DNA of 56,456 nucleotides from a bacterium (lineage in GTDB: Bacteria; Bacteroidota; Bacteroidia; Bacteroidales; FEN-979), in contig JBAXRT010000002.1 in assembly GCA_037131065.1 (NCBI GenBank), forward strand, positions 1 through 56,456, read 5' to 3'. The notes under the pieces were generated by a model. It saw only the letters and a program-made list of their open reading frames with translations. It did no database searches and was not told the DNA's origin. Of the stretch, positions 33,384 to 43,547 are shown piece after piece; position 1 is the first letter of the stretch, and each line of letters opens with the position of its first letter. The translations under genes and the position numbers were made by a program.

Positions 33384-36300
33384 ATGAGGGATAAAGCAGT
33401 GAACATACCCGATTATCTGTTTGAGATAAGTTGGGAGGTCTGTAACAAAGTGGGGGGGATTCATACAGTCGTGGCTTCTAAAGCGTTGACACTGACGGAG
33501 GAGTTCAAGGATAATTACATCCTGATCGGACCTGATGTTCTAAAGGAAACAGACCATAACCACGAATTTATAGAGGATAAATTTTTATATAAATCATGGA
33601 GAGAGAAGGCTGAAAGAGAGGGACTACGGATAAAGATTGGCCGATGGAATATCCATGGGAAGCCGATCCTTATCCTTGTTGATTTTACTCCTTTCTTTTC
33701 GGAAAAGGATGTTATTTTTGCCCATTTCTGGGAAAGATATAAGCTTGATTCGCTCATGGGCGGCTGGGATTACGTTGAACCAGCCCTTTTTGGCTATGCT
33801 GCAGGAAAGGTTATTGAGAGCTTCTATCTTTTCAACATTTCCCACCACGACAGGATTGTTGCCCAGTTCCATGAATGGCTGACAGGGACAGGGGTACTGT
33901 ATCTGAAAGAACATACACCGCAGGTCGGGACCGTTTTTACCAGCCACGCCACAGTACTTGGACGTGCGATCTCCACCAACGGGATGCCCCTTTACAAGAA
34001 TCTCGAAAATTACAACCCTGAGACGGTGGCGAAAAATCTTGGGGTCACTGCTAAGTATTCCCTCGAAAAACTGACTGCAGAAACTGCCGATGTTTTTACG
34101 ACAGTCAGCGAGCTCACAAACAACGAATGCAGGCAATTCCTTGGGAAGGAGGCGGATATCATCACGCCCAATGGATTTGAGGATGCTTTTGTACCTGTCA
34201 AGGATGAATACTTTGAAAAAAGGGCAGTCGCACGCAAGAAACTGATCGAGGTCAGCGAATCACTCCTGGGGAGGCCAGTTTCAAAAGATGTCATCTTTAT
34301 TCTAACAAGCGGACGTTATGAGTTCCGGAACATCGGTATCGATCTCTTTATCGATGCAATGGGTAAACTCAATAATCAGCCTCGGCTGAATGAGGAGGTG
34401 ATTGCTTTTATCACAGTCCCTGCATACCAGCTTGGACCACGAACGGACCTGCTGGAAAGGATTGCAGAAGGACCTCAAAATAATCCCCGGACTGAGGACT
34501 ATCTTACACACAATCTCAATGAGCCTGAAAACGACCTTATCCTGAACAGGATCAAACAGAATAATCTCCTGAACAGGCAGGAAGACAAGGTCAAGATGAT
34601 CTATGTGCCTGCCTATTTGAACGGGTCTGACGGTATTTTTGATCTTACGTATTATGAGCTTCTGATCGGATTTGATGGTACTATTTTTCCTTCATATTAT
34701 GAACCCTGGGGATACACTCCTCTCGAAAGCCTTGCATTCCATATTCCTACGATTACAACCACGCTTGCTGGTTTCGGACAATGGATAAAATCACTCTACC
34801 CGACCATCAAAGAATGTATTGCCGTGATTGAAAGAACGGATGATAATGAAGCAGAGGTTGTGGATGAGATAGTGAAGAATGTTTTACAATGTGCCATCAA
34901 ACCTGAAAAAGAGATCATCAAGATCAGGATTAAGGCTTATGAGATTTCACGATCTGCACTTTGGAAAAACCTTATTGAAGATAATAAAATTGCTTTCTCA
35001 CATGCCATAGAGGAGGCTGAAACCCGGGCAGAGTTGTACGCAGGTAAGCAACCCCAGGCGCAGACTGCCTATGCTAAAAGTTCACCTTACCTCAAACCGG
35101 AATGGAAAAAAGTCCTCGTTCAACAGAGGATCCCGGATAATCTTGCAAGCCTTGAAAGAATTGCAAAGAACCTTTGGTGGTGCTGGAATTACGATGGTTC
35201 TGAGCTGTTTGAAATGATCAACAAGGATCGCTGGTACGAATTGAAATTCAATCCGATCGCATTGATCGAATCGTTGACATACCAAGAGTTACAGGATCTG
35301 AGCAGCAACGAAAAATTTGTAGGCAACCTAAATAAAGTCACGGCAAAATTCGATGCCTACATGGAAAAAGCATCGGAAAAACCAGCCAACGTGATTGCCT
35401 ATTTCAGTATGGAGTATGGTCTCCATGATACCATAAAAATCTTTTCCGGAGGACTCGGCATGCTTGCCGGTGATTATCTGAAGGAGGCTTCCGACTCAAA
35501 TGTCAACATTGTCGGGATAGGACTTCTATACCGCTACGGGTACTTCATTCAGAACCTTTCCATTTTCGGGGATCAGGTAGCCAACTATTCTCCACAAAAG
35601 TTTACACATCTGCCACTTGTGCCGATGAGGGATGAACAAGGTAACTGGCATAAGGTTACCTTCCCGCTTCCGGGAAGGAATCTTTACGCCAAGATATGGC
35701 GGGTTGATGTAGGCCGTATCCCCCTTTACCTTCTCGATACCGATATTGAAGAAAATCTTGAATCTGACCGTGGTATAACCCATCAACTATACGGGGGTGA
35801 TCTTGAAAACCGGTTGCGCCAGGAACTTCTTCTCGGGGTGGGAGGAATCAGGATGCTCGATATACTTGGTATCAAGCCCGACATATACCACAGCAACGAA
35901 GGGCACTCTGCCTTTATCGGACTTGAAAGACTCCGTAAACTGATCCAGAATGAAAAGCTTACCTTCCCACAAGCCGTGGAAGTGGTAAGATCTTCAACCT
36001 TATTCACCACTCACACACCGGTACCCGCTGGTCATGATACTTTCCCGGAAGAAATGCTTCGTCGTTATCTGTCCCATCTCCCTGAACATCTCAATATAAA
36101 ATGGGACCAGCTGGTGAATCTTGGGAGGATGGTTGAAAACGATCAGGAAGAGCGTTTTTCTATGAGTGTTCTTGCTGCCAAACTCTCACAAGAGATCAAT
36201 GCAGTGAGCAAGATCCATGGAAAGGTGACCAGGGAAATGTTTCAGAAACTTTATGAGGGATATTATCCGAAAGAGCTGCATATCGGTTATGTTACAAACG

Positions 36301-37631
36301 GAGTTCATTTCCCCACTTGGACCGCGAAATCATGGCAGATACTCTACCAGCAGGAATTCGGGGAAGGATTTTTCGGGGATCAGTCAAACCCGAAGTACTG
36401 GAAGAATATCCATAATGTGCCTGATGAAGTAATTTGGCAGACAAAACTGAAGCAGAAAACCCAGCTGACTGAATATCTTCTTCAGCGGCTTTTCAGCGAT
36501 ATGACCCACCGGCATGAAAATCCGAAGCTGATCTTCAAGATCAGGGAAGGAGCAAGGCCGGAAGCCCTTACGATTGGTTTTGCACGCAGGTTTGCAACCT
36601 ATAAAAGAGCACATCTGTTATTCAGCAACCTTGACAGGCTTTCCCGGATCATTAATAATACAAAGAAACCCGTACAGTTTGTATTTGCGGGAAAGGCACA
36701 TCCGAACGATAAGGCAGGGCAGGACCTGATTAAAAAAATTTATGAGATCTCCCATATGCCGGAATTTCTCGGCAAAATCCTTTTTGTGGAAAATTATGAT
36801 ATGGAACTCGCCAAGTATCTGATCAGGGGAGTGGATATCTGGCTCAATACTCCGACCCGGCCACTGGAGGCTTCCGGAACCAGCGGTGAGAAGGCAGTCA
36901 TGAATGGTGTCGTCAATTTCAGCGTTCTCGATGGATGGTGGGCTGAAGGATACAGGCCGAATGCTGGCTGGGCACTCCAGGAAGAGCCGACGTATGATAA
37001 TTCACAGTTTCAGGATGAACTTGATGCAGAGACCATCTACACCATTCTTGAAGAGGAGATCGTCCCGACCTTTTATGACGTGAATTCGAAAAAAATTCCA
37101 CAGAAATGGGTGGGATATATCAAAAATACTATCTCCGAAATAGCTCCGCACTATACGATGAAAAGGCAGCTGGACGACTATTTCCGCCAGTATTACAATA
37201 AGCTCTTAAAACGGACCAGGATCATCACAAGTAAAAATTATGAAATGGCCCGACATATAGCCAGCTGGAAGCGGAAAGTAATGAGAGGATGGGACAGTAT
37301 AGAAGTGGTTTCAATCAAAACACCTGACTCTACACAACGACCTCTCTCCCTGGGCGAATCCTTCCAGGCAGAGGTGATCCTCGATCTCAATGAACTGTCG
37401 GGGACCGACATCGGGATTGAAGTGCTCTTTGGAAAAAAGATCAACGATGAGGTGAAGGAACCTACCTTCATTGAGGAGATGACCGTAGTGAAATCAGATA
37501 AGAATATAGTTTCTTATTCCTGCAATATAACGATCACACAGGCTGGCGTTTACGATTATGTTTTCCGGCTGTACCCTAAAAGTTCCTTACTGCCGCACCG
37601 CCAGGATTTTAACCTCGTAAAGTGGATCTGA
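33384..37631 (+). CDS. Fusion protein: eukaryote-type GT3 glycogen synthase (aa ~1-560) plus GT35 alpha-glucan phosphorylase with a DUF3417 N-domain (aa ~580-1415)
   Basis: The GT3 part has LFEISWEVCNKVGGIHTVV and YYEPWGYTPLES. The phosphorylase part has LERIAKNLWWCWN (DUF3417), YFSMEYGLH..FSGGLGMLAGDYLK, and the PLP-lysine context TRPLEASGTSGEKAVMNG. It is one uninterrupted 1415-codon frame. Confidence 0.85.
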   Translation: MRDKAVNIPDYLFEISWEVCNKVGGIHTVVASKALTLTEEFKDNYILIGPDVLKETDHNHEFIEDKFLYKSWREKAEREGLRIKIGRWNIHGKPILILVDFTPFFSEKDVIFAHFWERYKLDSLMGGWDYVEPALFGYAAGKVIESFYLFNISHHDRIVAQFHEWLTGTGVLYLKEHTPQVGTVFTSHATVLGRAISTNGMPLYKNLENYNPETVAKNLGVTAKYSLEKLTAETADVFTTVSELTNNECRQFLGKEADIITPNGFEDAFVPVKDEYFEKRAVARKKLIEVSESLLGRPVSKDVIFILTSGRYEFRNIGIDLFIDAMGKLNNQPRLNEEVIAFITVPAYQLGPRTDLLERIAEGPQNNPRTEDYLTHNLNEPENDLILNRIKQNNLLNRQEDKVKMIYVPAYLNGSDGIFDLTYYELLIGFDGTIFPSYYEPWGYTPLESLAFHIPTITTTLAGFGQWIKSLYPTIKECIAVIERTDDNEAEVVDEIVKNVLQCAIKPEKEIIKIRIKAYEISRSALWKNLIEDNKIAFSHAIEEAETRAELYAGKQPQAQTAYAKSSPYLKPEWKKVLVQQRIPDNLASLERIAKNLWWCWNYDGSELFEMINKDRWYELKFNPIALIESLTYQELQDLSSNEKFVGNLNKVTAKFDAYMEKASEKPANVIAYFSMEYGLHDTIKIFSGGLGMLAGDYLKEASDSNVNIVGIGLLYRYGYFIQNLSIFGDQVANYSPQKFTHLPLVPMRDEQGNWHKVTFPLPGRNLYAKIWRVDVGRIPLYLLDTDIEENLESDRGITHQLYGGDLENRLRQELLLGVGGIRMLDILGIKPDIYHSNEGHSAFIGLERLRKLIQNEKLTFPQAVEVVRSSTLFTTHTPVPAGHDTFPEEMLRRYLSHLPEHLNIKWDQLVNLGRMVENDQEERFSMSVLAAKLSQEINAVSKIHGKVTREMFQKLYEGYYPKELHIGYVTNGVHFPTWTAKSWQILYQQEFGEGFFGDQSNPKYWKNIHNVPDEVIWQTKLKQKTQLTEYLLQRLFSDMTHRHENPKLIFKIREGARPEALTIGFARRFATYKRAHLLFSNLDRLSRIINNTKKPVQFVFAGKAHPNDKAGQDLIKKIYEISHMPEFLGKILFVENYDMELAKYLIRGVDIWLNTPTRPLEASGTSGEKAVMNGVVNFSVLDGWWAEGYRPNAGWALQEEPTYDNSQFQDELDAETIYTILEEEIVPTFYDVNSKKIPQKWVGYIKNTISEIAPHYTMKRQLDDYFRQYYNKLLKRTRIITSKNYEMARHIASWKRKVMRGWDSIEVVSIKTPDSTQRPLSLGESFQAEVILDLNELSGTDIGIEVLFGKKINDEVKEPTFIEEMTVVKSDKNIVSYSCNITITQAGVYDYVFRLYPKSSLLPHRQDFNLVKWI

Positions 37632-37644
37632 AACCAGTTCTTGT

Positions 37645-37652
37645 TATCTTTG
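37645..37652 (+). promoter_or_regulatory. -7 promoter box TATCTTTG for fabG
   Basis: Matches TAnnTTTG, 20 nt upstream of the ATG at 37672. Confidence 0.45.
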
Positions 37653-37671
37653 GCAAAATTTTCAGAAAAAG

Positions 37672-38418
37672 ATGAAGCTATTGGAAGGTAAGACTGCTCT
37701 GATTACGGGAGCAAACCGTGGAATAGGGCGTTGTATTGCAGTTAAATTTGCCCAGTATGGAGCAGATGTTGCATTTTCAGATATCGTCTATAATGAAAGT
37801 TCGGAAGCCCTGATAAAGGAGATTGAGAGTTTTGGTGTTAAATGTAAGGGGTATCCCTCCGATGCCAGCTCGTTTAGCGAAAGTGAGCTGTTAATTAATA
37901 ATGTGATCTGCGATTTCCAGAAAATCGATGCATTGGTAAACAATGCGGGTATTACCCGTGATAATTTCCTATTACGTCTTTCGGAAGCAGACTGGGATAA
38001 TGTGATTCGCATCAACTTAAAATCGGTATTTAACCTGACCAAGGCGGTACAGAAACATATGATAAAACAGCGTTCCGGGTCCATCATCAATATGAGTTCC
38101 ATTGTCGGGATAGAAGGAAACAGCGGTCAGTCAAACTATTCGGCTTCTAAGGCCGGGATCATCGGATTTTCCAAATCGATTGCCCAGGAACTGGGATCAA
38201 GAAATGTGCGATGCAATGCGATTGCTCCTGGTTTCATCGATACCGAGATGACTGCCAAACTCCCACAGGAATACAAAGATAAATGGGCGGTTGATATACC
38301 AATGAAAAGAGCCGGAACTCCTGATGATGTTGCAAATCTCGCACTTTTCCTGGCCTCAGACCTCAGCTCTTATGTTACCGGTCAGGTGATCAGCGTCTGC
38401 GGCGGGCTTCATACCTGA
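37672..38418 (+). CDS. fabG: 3-oxoacyl-[acyl-carrier-protein] reductase (SDR)
   Basis: It has TGANRGIG and NNAGI motifs, the S...YSASK catalytic triad context, and the C-terminal VCGG. Confidence 0.88.
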   Translation: MKLLEGKTALITGANRGIGRCIAVKFAQYGADVAFSDIVYNESSEALIKEIESFGVKCKGYPSDASSFSESELLINNVICDFQKIDALVNNAGITRDNFLLRLSEADWDNVIRINLKSVFNLTKAVQKHMIKQRSGSIINMSSIVGIEGNSGQSNYSASKAGIIGFSKSIAQELGSRNVRCNAIAPGFIDTEMTAKLPQEYKDKWAVDIPMKRAGTPDDVANLALFLASDLSSYVTGQVISVCGGLHT

Positions 38419-38432
38419 TCAATCCATAGATT

Positions 38433-40508
38433 TTGGCACTTATTACTGAATTGTCTGTCTGGTTGCTGCCTCTGTGCCTCCTGGCCGGAGCATGTTACTC
38501 AATGTTTCTCTATTTCAAGACTCCGCTGAGGGACAACCCCCGTTGGCTGATATGGCTTTTGATGGTGTTCAGGTTTTTATCCGTATCGATCATTGCCTTC
38601 CTTTTGACATCACCGTTTATCAGGAAGACCGATGAGACTGTTCAGAAGCCTATTGTCATTATTGGTATCGATAACTCCTCCTCGATTGTCATGACCCGGG
38701 ACTCTCTCTTCAGTAAAAAATCATTTCCTGCAAAAATTAAGGAGCTGAGTGAACTTCTAAGTACAAAGTACGAACCAGTGATCTATTCATTCGGAGAGAG
38801 AGTATCCAACGGATTTTCCGGTCGTTATGATGAAAAAGAGACAAATATCTCTGCATTTTTATCCGATATATCCGACCGGTATTATAACAGAAATGTAGGA
38901 GCGATGATCCTTGCCACCGACGGCCTGTACAATGGTGGTTCTGATCCTTTATATGCATCCCGGAGGTTCCTTTTCCCGGTCTATACGATTGCGATGGGAG
39001 ATACGACACTCAGGAAGGATATCTATATTCATCAGATCCGGTATAATAAAAGAGTATATATAGGAGATCCCTTCCCGGTAGAGGTCTCCTTTGAAATGGA
39101 CAAGCTTCAAGACGTTGCAACAAACCTTATCATAAGCCAGGGGGCAAAAAACATTGTTACAAAGGAGATCAGGTCAACGACGGAAAAGAGTTTTCAGAAA
39201 CTGAGTTTTCTGCTTGAGTCATCAGGTACAGGCATTCAAAAATTTTCAGTAAACATCGTTCCCGTTGACGGGGAATCCACCCCAATGAATAACCGGCAGG
39301 ATTTTTTTATAGATGTTGTTGAGTCAAAAGAGAAAATCGCAATCCTTTTCGACATGCCGCATCCGGATATCAATGCCATGCGCTTGGCCCTGGAACAGCC
39401 GGAAAGATATGAAGTTGAGGAATTCAATATAAAGGACCTCTCACTTTTTACTCCTGAGAAATTCGACCTGATCATTTTTAACCAGCTTCCCTCCGTCAGA
39501 TCAGGATTGGATTTGACACCCCTGGTAAAATCCGGAAAACCATTGTTGTTCATTCTTGGTGCCCAGACCGATATCAATACATTTAACCGGCTGAATGCAG
39601 GACTCGTTATCAATGCCTCGAAACTTACTTTTTCGGAAGTGATACCGGTGCAGGATCCGGCTTTTACCCTATTCACTTTTCCACGCAATGCAGGAGAGTT
39701 GATCAGTGAATGGCCACCGCTGAATGCACCGTTCGGATTATATCAGTGTGGTCCCATGACTGAAAAACTTCTTCTACAGAAGATCGGTTCTTCAGTGACA
39801 GATATCCCCTTGGTCATGTACATTCCCGGTCCCCAGCGAAAGATCGGAATCGTTGCAGGGGAGAATATCTGGAGATGGAGATTGTTCAACTTCTATCAGC
39901 AGTCTAACTTTGAGCTGTTTGATGAAGTGATAAATAAAACAGTTCAATACCTGACGGTAAAGGATGACCGGAGTTTCTTCAGAATATCGGTAAACCCAAC
40001 GATCCATGAAAATGAAAATGTCCAGATGCAGGCGGAAGTTTTCAATGCATCTTATGAAAGGATAACCGAACCTGAAGTAAACATAACCATAGAAAATTCG
40101 GAAATGAAGGATTTTCCATTCACCTTCAGCAAATCGGGAAACGGGTACTTCCTGAATGCAGGGTTTTTCCCTCCGGGAAATTATACATTTAATGCCACTG
40201 TGAAGGTTGGGAGTACTACTTACAATAAAATGAGTTCCTTTATCGTGACACCCGTCAATATTGAATCTCTGCGCCTGGTTGCGGACCACAAACTGGTTCA
40301 CCAGTTAGCCGTTTCGCATGACGGAGTTACGGTAACCCCTGAAAAGACTGATACATTGTATAATCTTATAAACGCAAGAGAAGATATTCACTCTGTTAAC
40401 TATTTTTCACAACGTCTGAACGACCTGATAGGAAATGTCTGGGTCTTTGGATTGATCCTGCTTCTTTTGGCAGTTGAGTGGCTCATCAGAAAAAGGAATG
40501 GCATATGA
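38433..40508 (+). CDS. Membrane-anchored vWA-like protein (hypothetical)
   Basis: It has N-terminal TM helices and one C-terminal TM helix. A MIDAS-like motif (GIDNSSS) and ILATDG suggest a vWA fold. It has an apparent TTG start, and the start position is uncertain. Confidence 0.55.
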   Translation: MALITELSVWLLPLCLLAGACYSMFLYFKTPLRDNPRWLIWLLMVFRFLSVSIIAFLLTSPFIRKTDETVQKPIVIIGIDNSSSIVMTRDSLFSKKSFPAKIKELSELLSTKYEPVIYSFGERVSNGFSGRYDEKETNISAFLSDISDRYYNRNVGAMILATDGLYNGGSDPLYASRRFLFPVYTIAMGDTTLRKDIYIHQIRYNKRVYIGDPFPVEVSFEMDKLQDVATNLIISQGAKNIVTKEIRSTTEKSFQKLSFLLESSGTGIQKFSVNIVPVDGESTPMNNRQDFFIDVVESKEKIAILFDMPHPDINAMRLALEQPERYEVEEFNIKDLSLFTPEKFDLIIFNQLPSVRSGLDLTPLVKSGKPLLFILGAQTDINTFNRLNAGLVINASKLTFSEVIPVQDPAFTLFTFPRNAGELISEWPPLNAPFGLYQCGPMTEKLLLQKIGSSVTDIPLVMYIPGPQRKIGIVAGENIWRWRLFNFYQQSNFELFDEVINKTVQYLTVKDDRSFFRISVNPTIHENENVQMQAEVFNASYERITEPEVNITIENSEMKDFPFTFSKSGNGYFLNAGFFPPGNYTFNATVKVGSTTYNKMSSFIVTPVNIESLRLVADHKLVHQLAVSHDGVTVTPEKTDTLYNLINAREDIHSVNYFSQRLNDLIGNVWVFGLILLLLAVEWLIRKRNGI

Positions 40509-41776
40509 TTTCAATCATCCTTTGGATTATCCTCGCCATATTATTGTTTGAGTTCATACTCGAGCGACTGCTGGATTACCTCAATTCAACATGGTGGAGT
40601 GATCGGCTGCCTGAGGAGCTCGTCGGGATTTATGATGAAGAAAAATATTTCAAATCACAGAATTATATCCGCCACAGGCAGAAGTTTTCCACACTTGTCA
40701 GTACCCTCTCTTTCTTTGGTATCTTTATTATCCTGTCAATGGGAGGATTTGCTTATCTGGATAATCAAATTCTCAGGCTGACCATCAATCCGATCGTTCG
40801 GGCTTTGCTCTTTTTCGGAGTGATCGGTGCCATAGCATCAGTACTCTCAATACCTTTTGACGCATATTCCACTTTCGTTATTGAAGCAAAGTATGGATTT
40901 AATACTACAACAGTCCGAACCTTCCTCATGGATATACTGAAAGGCTGGCTGTTGGCTCTTGTTATCGGGGGGGGTATGATGAGCCTGATCATTTGGATTT
41001 ATGAAACAACCGGAAACTATTTCTGGCTCATCGCCTGGGGTGTTATTACCTTTTTTTCGATCTTCTTTACCCTGTTTTACAGCAACCTTATTGTCCCCCT
41101 CTTTAACAAACAGAGTCTTCTGGAGGAGGGTGATCTGAAGGATGCCATCAAAGCGTTTGCTCTGAGTACGGGATTTAAAATGAAGGATATTTATATCATC
41201 GATGGATCCAAAAGGTCGAAAAAGGTCAATGCCTATTTTACAGGCTTTGGAAAAAAGCGAAGGATTGTGCTTTACGACACGCTGATTCAGAATCATACGG
41301 TTGATGAACTTGTCGCCGTTCTCGCGCATGAAATCGGCCACAATAAAAAACGGCATACCCTGGAGGGACTGATCCTTTCAATCATTCAATCGGGGATTAT
41401 GCTTTTCATCCTCTCTCTGTTTATCCAGAAAAACAGCCATCTGGCCGACGCGCTGTGCCAGGCGCTTGGAGGTTTTGCAGGCATCGGTGTCCATCAGAGT
41501 TTTCACATGGGAGTGCTTGGGTTTGGTATCCTTTACAGTCCCATTTCCATGATGATGGGGATCCTGATGAACATGCGTTCCAGGAAGAATGAATTTGATG
41601 CCGATCGATTTGCTTCCTTGAATTTTAACCCTGGGGCTTTGCAATCGGCATTGAAAAAATTATCAGTTGACAACCTGAGCAATCTCAGACCGCATCCGCT
41701 CTGTGTCTTTTTTAATTATTCTCACCCGCCGCTTCTCCAGAGACTTAATGCGATCAGAGATCTTTCTTCGACATAA
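40505..41776 (+). CDS. M48 family (Ste24/HtpX-type) zinc metalloprotease
   Basis: It is multi-TM and carries an HEIGHNKKRH (HExxH) motif plus a downstream NEFDADRFA glutamate motif. An ATGA overlap with the upstream gene is present. Confidence 0.85.
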   Translation: MISIILWIILAILLFEFILERLLDYLNSTWWSDRLPEELVGIYDEEKYFKSQNYIRHRQKFSTLVSTLSFFGIFIILSMGGFAYLDNQILRLTINPIVRALLFFGVIGAIASVLSIPFDAYSTFVIEAKYGFNTTTVRTFLMDILKGWLLALVIGGGMMSLIIWIYETTGNYFWLIAWGVITFFSIFFTLFYSNLIVPLFNKQSLLEEGDLKDAIKAFALSTGFKMKDIYIIDGSKRSKKVNAYFTGFGKKRRIVLYDTLIQNHTVDELVAVLAHEIGHNKKRHTLEGLILSIIQSGIMLFILSLFIQKNSHLADALCQALGGFAGIGVHQSFHMGVLGFGILYSPISMMMGILMNMRSRKNEFDADRFASLNFNPGALQSALKKLSVDNLSNLRPHPLCVFFNYSHPPLLQRLNAIRDLSST

Positions 41777-42584
41777 CCCAATAAACAATCAGGATCATCA
41801 GTATGGAATAACCGAGAGGGATCAGGCACGAAATAAGTGAGACCCCGCTCTGTAACTCAAGTCCCATGACCTTCTTCAGCACCGGAATGGCCGGGTATTC
41901 TGTAACTGATATGGCCGTATTTACCGGCAGGTAGGTGTAGATCTTATTCTTGAATACAATCGGGCTCTTCAGGAAAAAATAGATAATTGGCTCAATGATA
42001 AGGGCATAAAGTATAAAAATGGCAATTGAGAGGCCCGTGTTCCGGAGCATGAATGCAAGGAAAAATGCAAAAATCAGAAAGGTGAGGGTCGAAACAAAAA
42101 AACCAAGTATAAATGGGATTCCTTTGCTAAGGATTGCCATCTCTTTGAATCCTGAGTGGGAGACACCGATCATGAAGGCCCCGATCCCCAGGACGACCGT
42201 GATTACCAGGGCCATGATTAAGATAATGAGAAGCTTTGAAACGATGAATTCCACCTTGCTCATACCATTGATAATATTCTGCCTGATGGTACGAAAGGTA
42301 AACTCGTTGGTGATGAGAATCATGATGATGATCGCCGGAAAGATCAGAACAAACCTGATGCTGGCAAAAAATGCCAGGTTTTGCCATACCTCGGGGAAAT
42401 AGTATAAAGTGACATGCGGGAAAGGAATGGGCGAGTGGTTGTTCATGTTATCGACCATGTTGTTGATCATGAACTCTGCAAGCAAAATACCAGCCGTGAG
42501 GAAGGTGAAATATAACCCGACCAGTACCCAGAAAGTTTTGTAGGTGAGTATCTTTTTAAACTCAATTTTCAGGAGCCTTTTCAT
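41754..42584 (-). CDS. ABC-2 type transporter permease
   Basis: 276 aa with six TM helices. It overlaps the ATPase gene stop by 4 nt. Confidence 0.72.
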   Translation of the reverse strand: MKRLLKIEFKKILTYKTFWVLVGLYFTFLTAGILLAEFMINNMVDNMNNHSPIPFPHVTLYYFPEVWQNLAFFASIRFVLIFPAIIIMILITNEFTFRTIRQNIINGMSKVEFIVSKLLIILIMALVITVVLGIGAFMIGVSHSGFKEMAILSKGIPFILGFFVSTLTFLIFAFFLAFMLRNTGLSIAIFILYALIIEPIIYFFLKSPIVFKNKIYTYLPVNTAISVTEYPAIPVLKKVMGLELQSGVSLISCLIPLGYSILMILIVYWVMSKKDL

Positions 42585-43498
42585 GATTTATCCTCCAGCA
42601 GTTCAAGAAAGTGTTGCTCAAGTGTTCTTCTTCGCTCCGCCAGGTGGGTCAGTATAATGCCCTGGTTAAACAGGAAGGTGTTTAACTCGCCTGGTTGCAC
42701 CACTCCTTTAAAATAGACCTGTATTTTATCATTGAATTTATGTAATGACAGGTACATAGGATGTGTGGCTATTGCCATGATCAGCTTTTCAGGTTCATCT
42801 GCCCAGAGTTCAAAGGAATCAGAAACAGCAAGGACCTTGTTCACTTCTCCCGAAAAAAGCTTCATACCCTTATTCAATACCGTTACGTGACTGCATATTT
42901 TCTGAACCTCATCCAGTAGGTGAGAGGCAAGCAGGATAGTGATCCCGCTTGATGCAATACTGATAACAAGCTCGCGAACCTGTGCGATACCCTGGGGGTC
43001 CAGGCCGTTGGTTGGTTCGTCCAGGATCAGGACATCCGGACTGCCCAGCAGGGCCGATGCAATGGCAAGACGCTGCTTCATTCCGAAAGAGTACGTTTTG
43101 AATTTCGAAGACCGGCGGTCATATAGTCCAGTCAGTTTCAAAACCCGTTCGATATCGCTGTATGAGTGTCCCCGGATGTCGGCTACGATCTGAAGATTTC
43201 TGTAAGCGCTGAGGTAGGGAAAGAAGTTCGGGCTTTCAATAACGGATCCGATCCGTTTCCTGCTCTCTTTGCATGGGGGTGATCCGAACCAGGAGAAGGA
43301 GCCGCTGTCCTGTTTTATCAGATCAAGAACAATGCTCAATGTAGTCGTCTTGCCGCTCCCGTTCGGACCAAGCAGACCAAAAACCTCTCCGTGATTCACT
43401 TCGAATGAGAGGTTGCTTACGGCCTGGATCCTGCCATATTTTTTTGCCAGTGACTCAATGGATAGAATGGTACTCAAATTAGTCCGGTTTTGAAACAA
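42581..43498 (-). CDS. ABC transporter ATP-binding protein
   Basis: It has Walker A GPNGSGKTT, the signature YSFGMKQR, and Walker B LILDEPTNGLD. Confidence 0.88.
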   Translation of the reverse strand: MFQNRTNLSTILSIESLAKKYGRIQAVSNLSFEVNHGEVFGLLGPNGSGKTTTLSIVLDLIKQDSGSFSWFGSPPCKESRKRIGSVIESPNFFPYLSAYRNLQIVADIRGHSYSDIERVLKLTGLYDRRSSKFKTYSFGMKQRLAIASALLGSPDVLILDEPTNGLDPQGIAQVRELVISIASSGITILLASHLLDEVQKICSHVTVLNKGMKLFSGEVNKVLAVSDSFELWADEPEKLIMAIATHPMYLSLHKFNDKIQVYFKGVVQPGELNTFLFNQGIILTHLAERRRTLEQHFLELLEDKS

Positions 43499-43547
43499 TC
43501 ACAGTTTTAGACGATGCAGGTGGAAATTCGTTACAGGTTTCCGGGTC

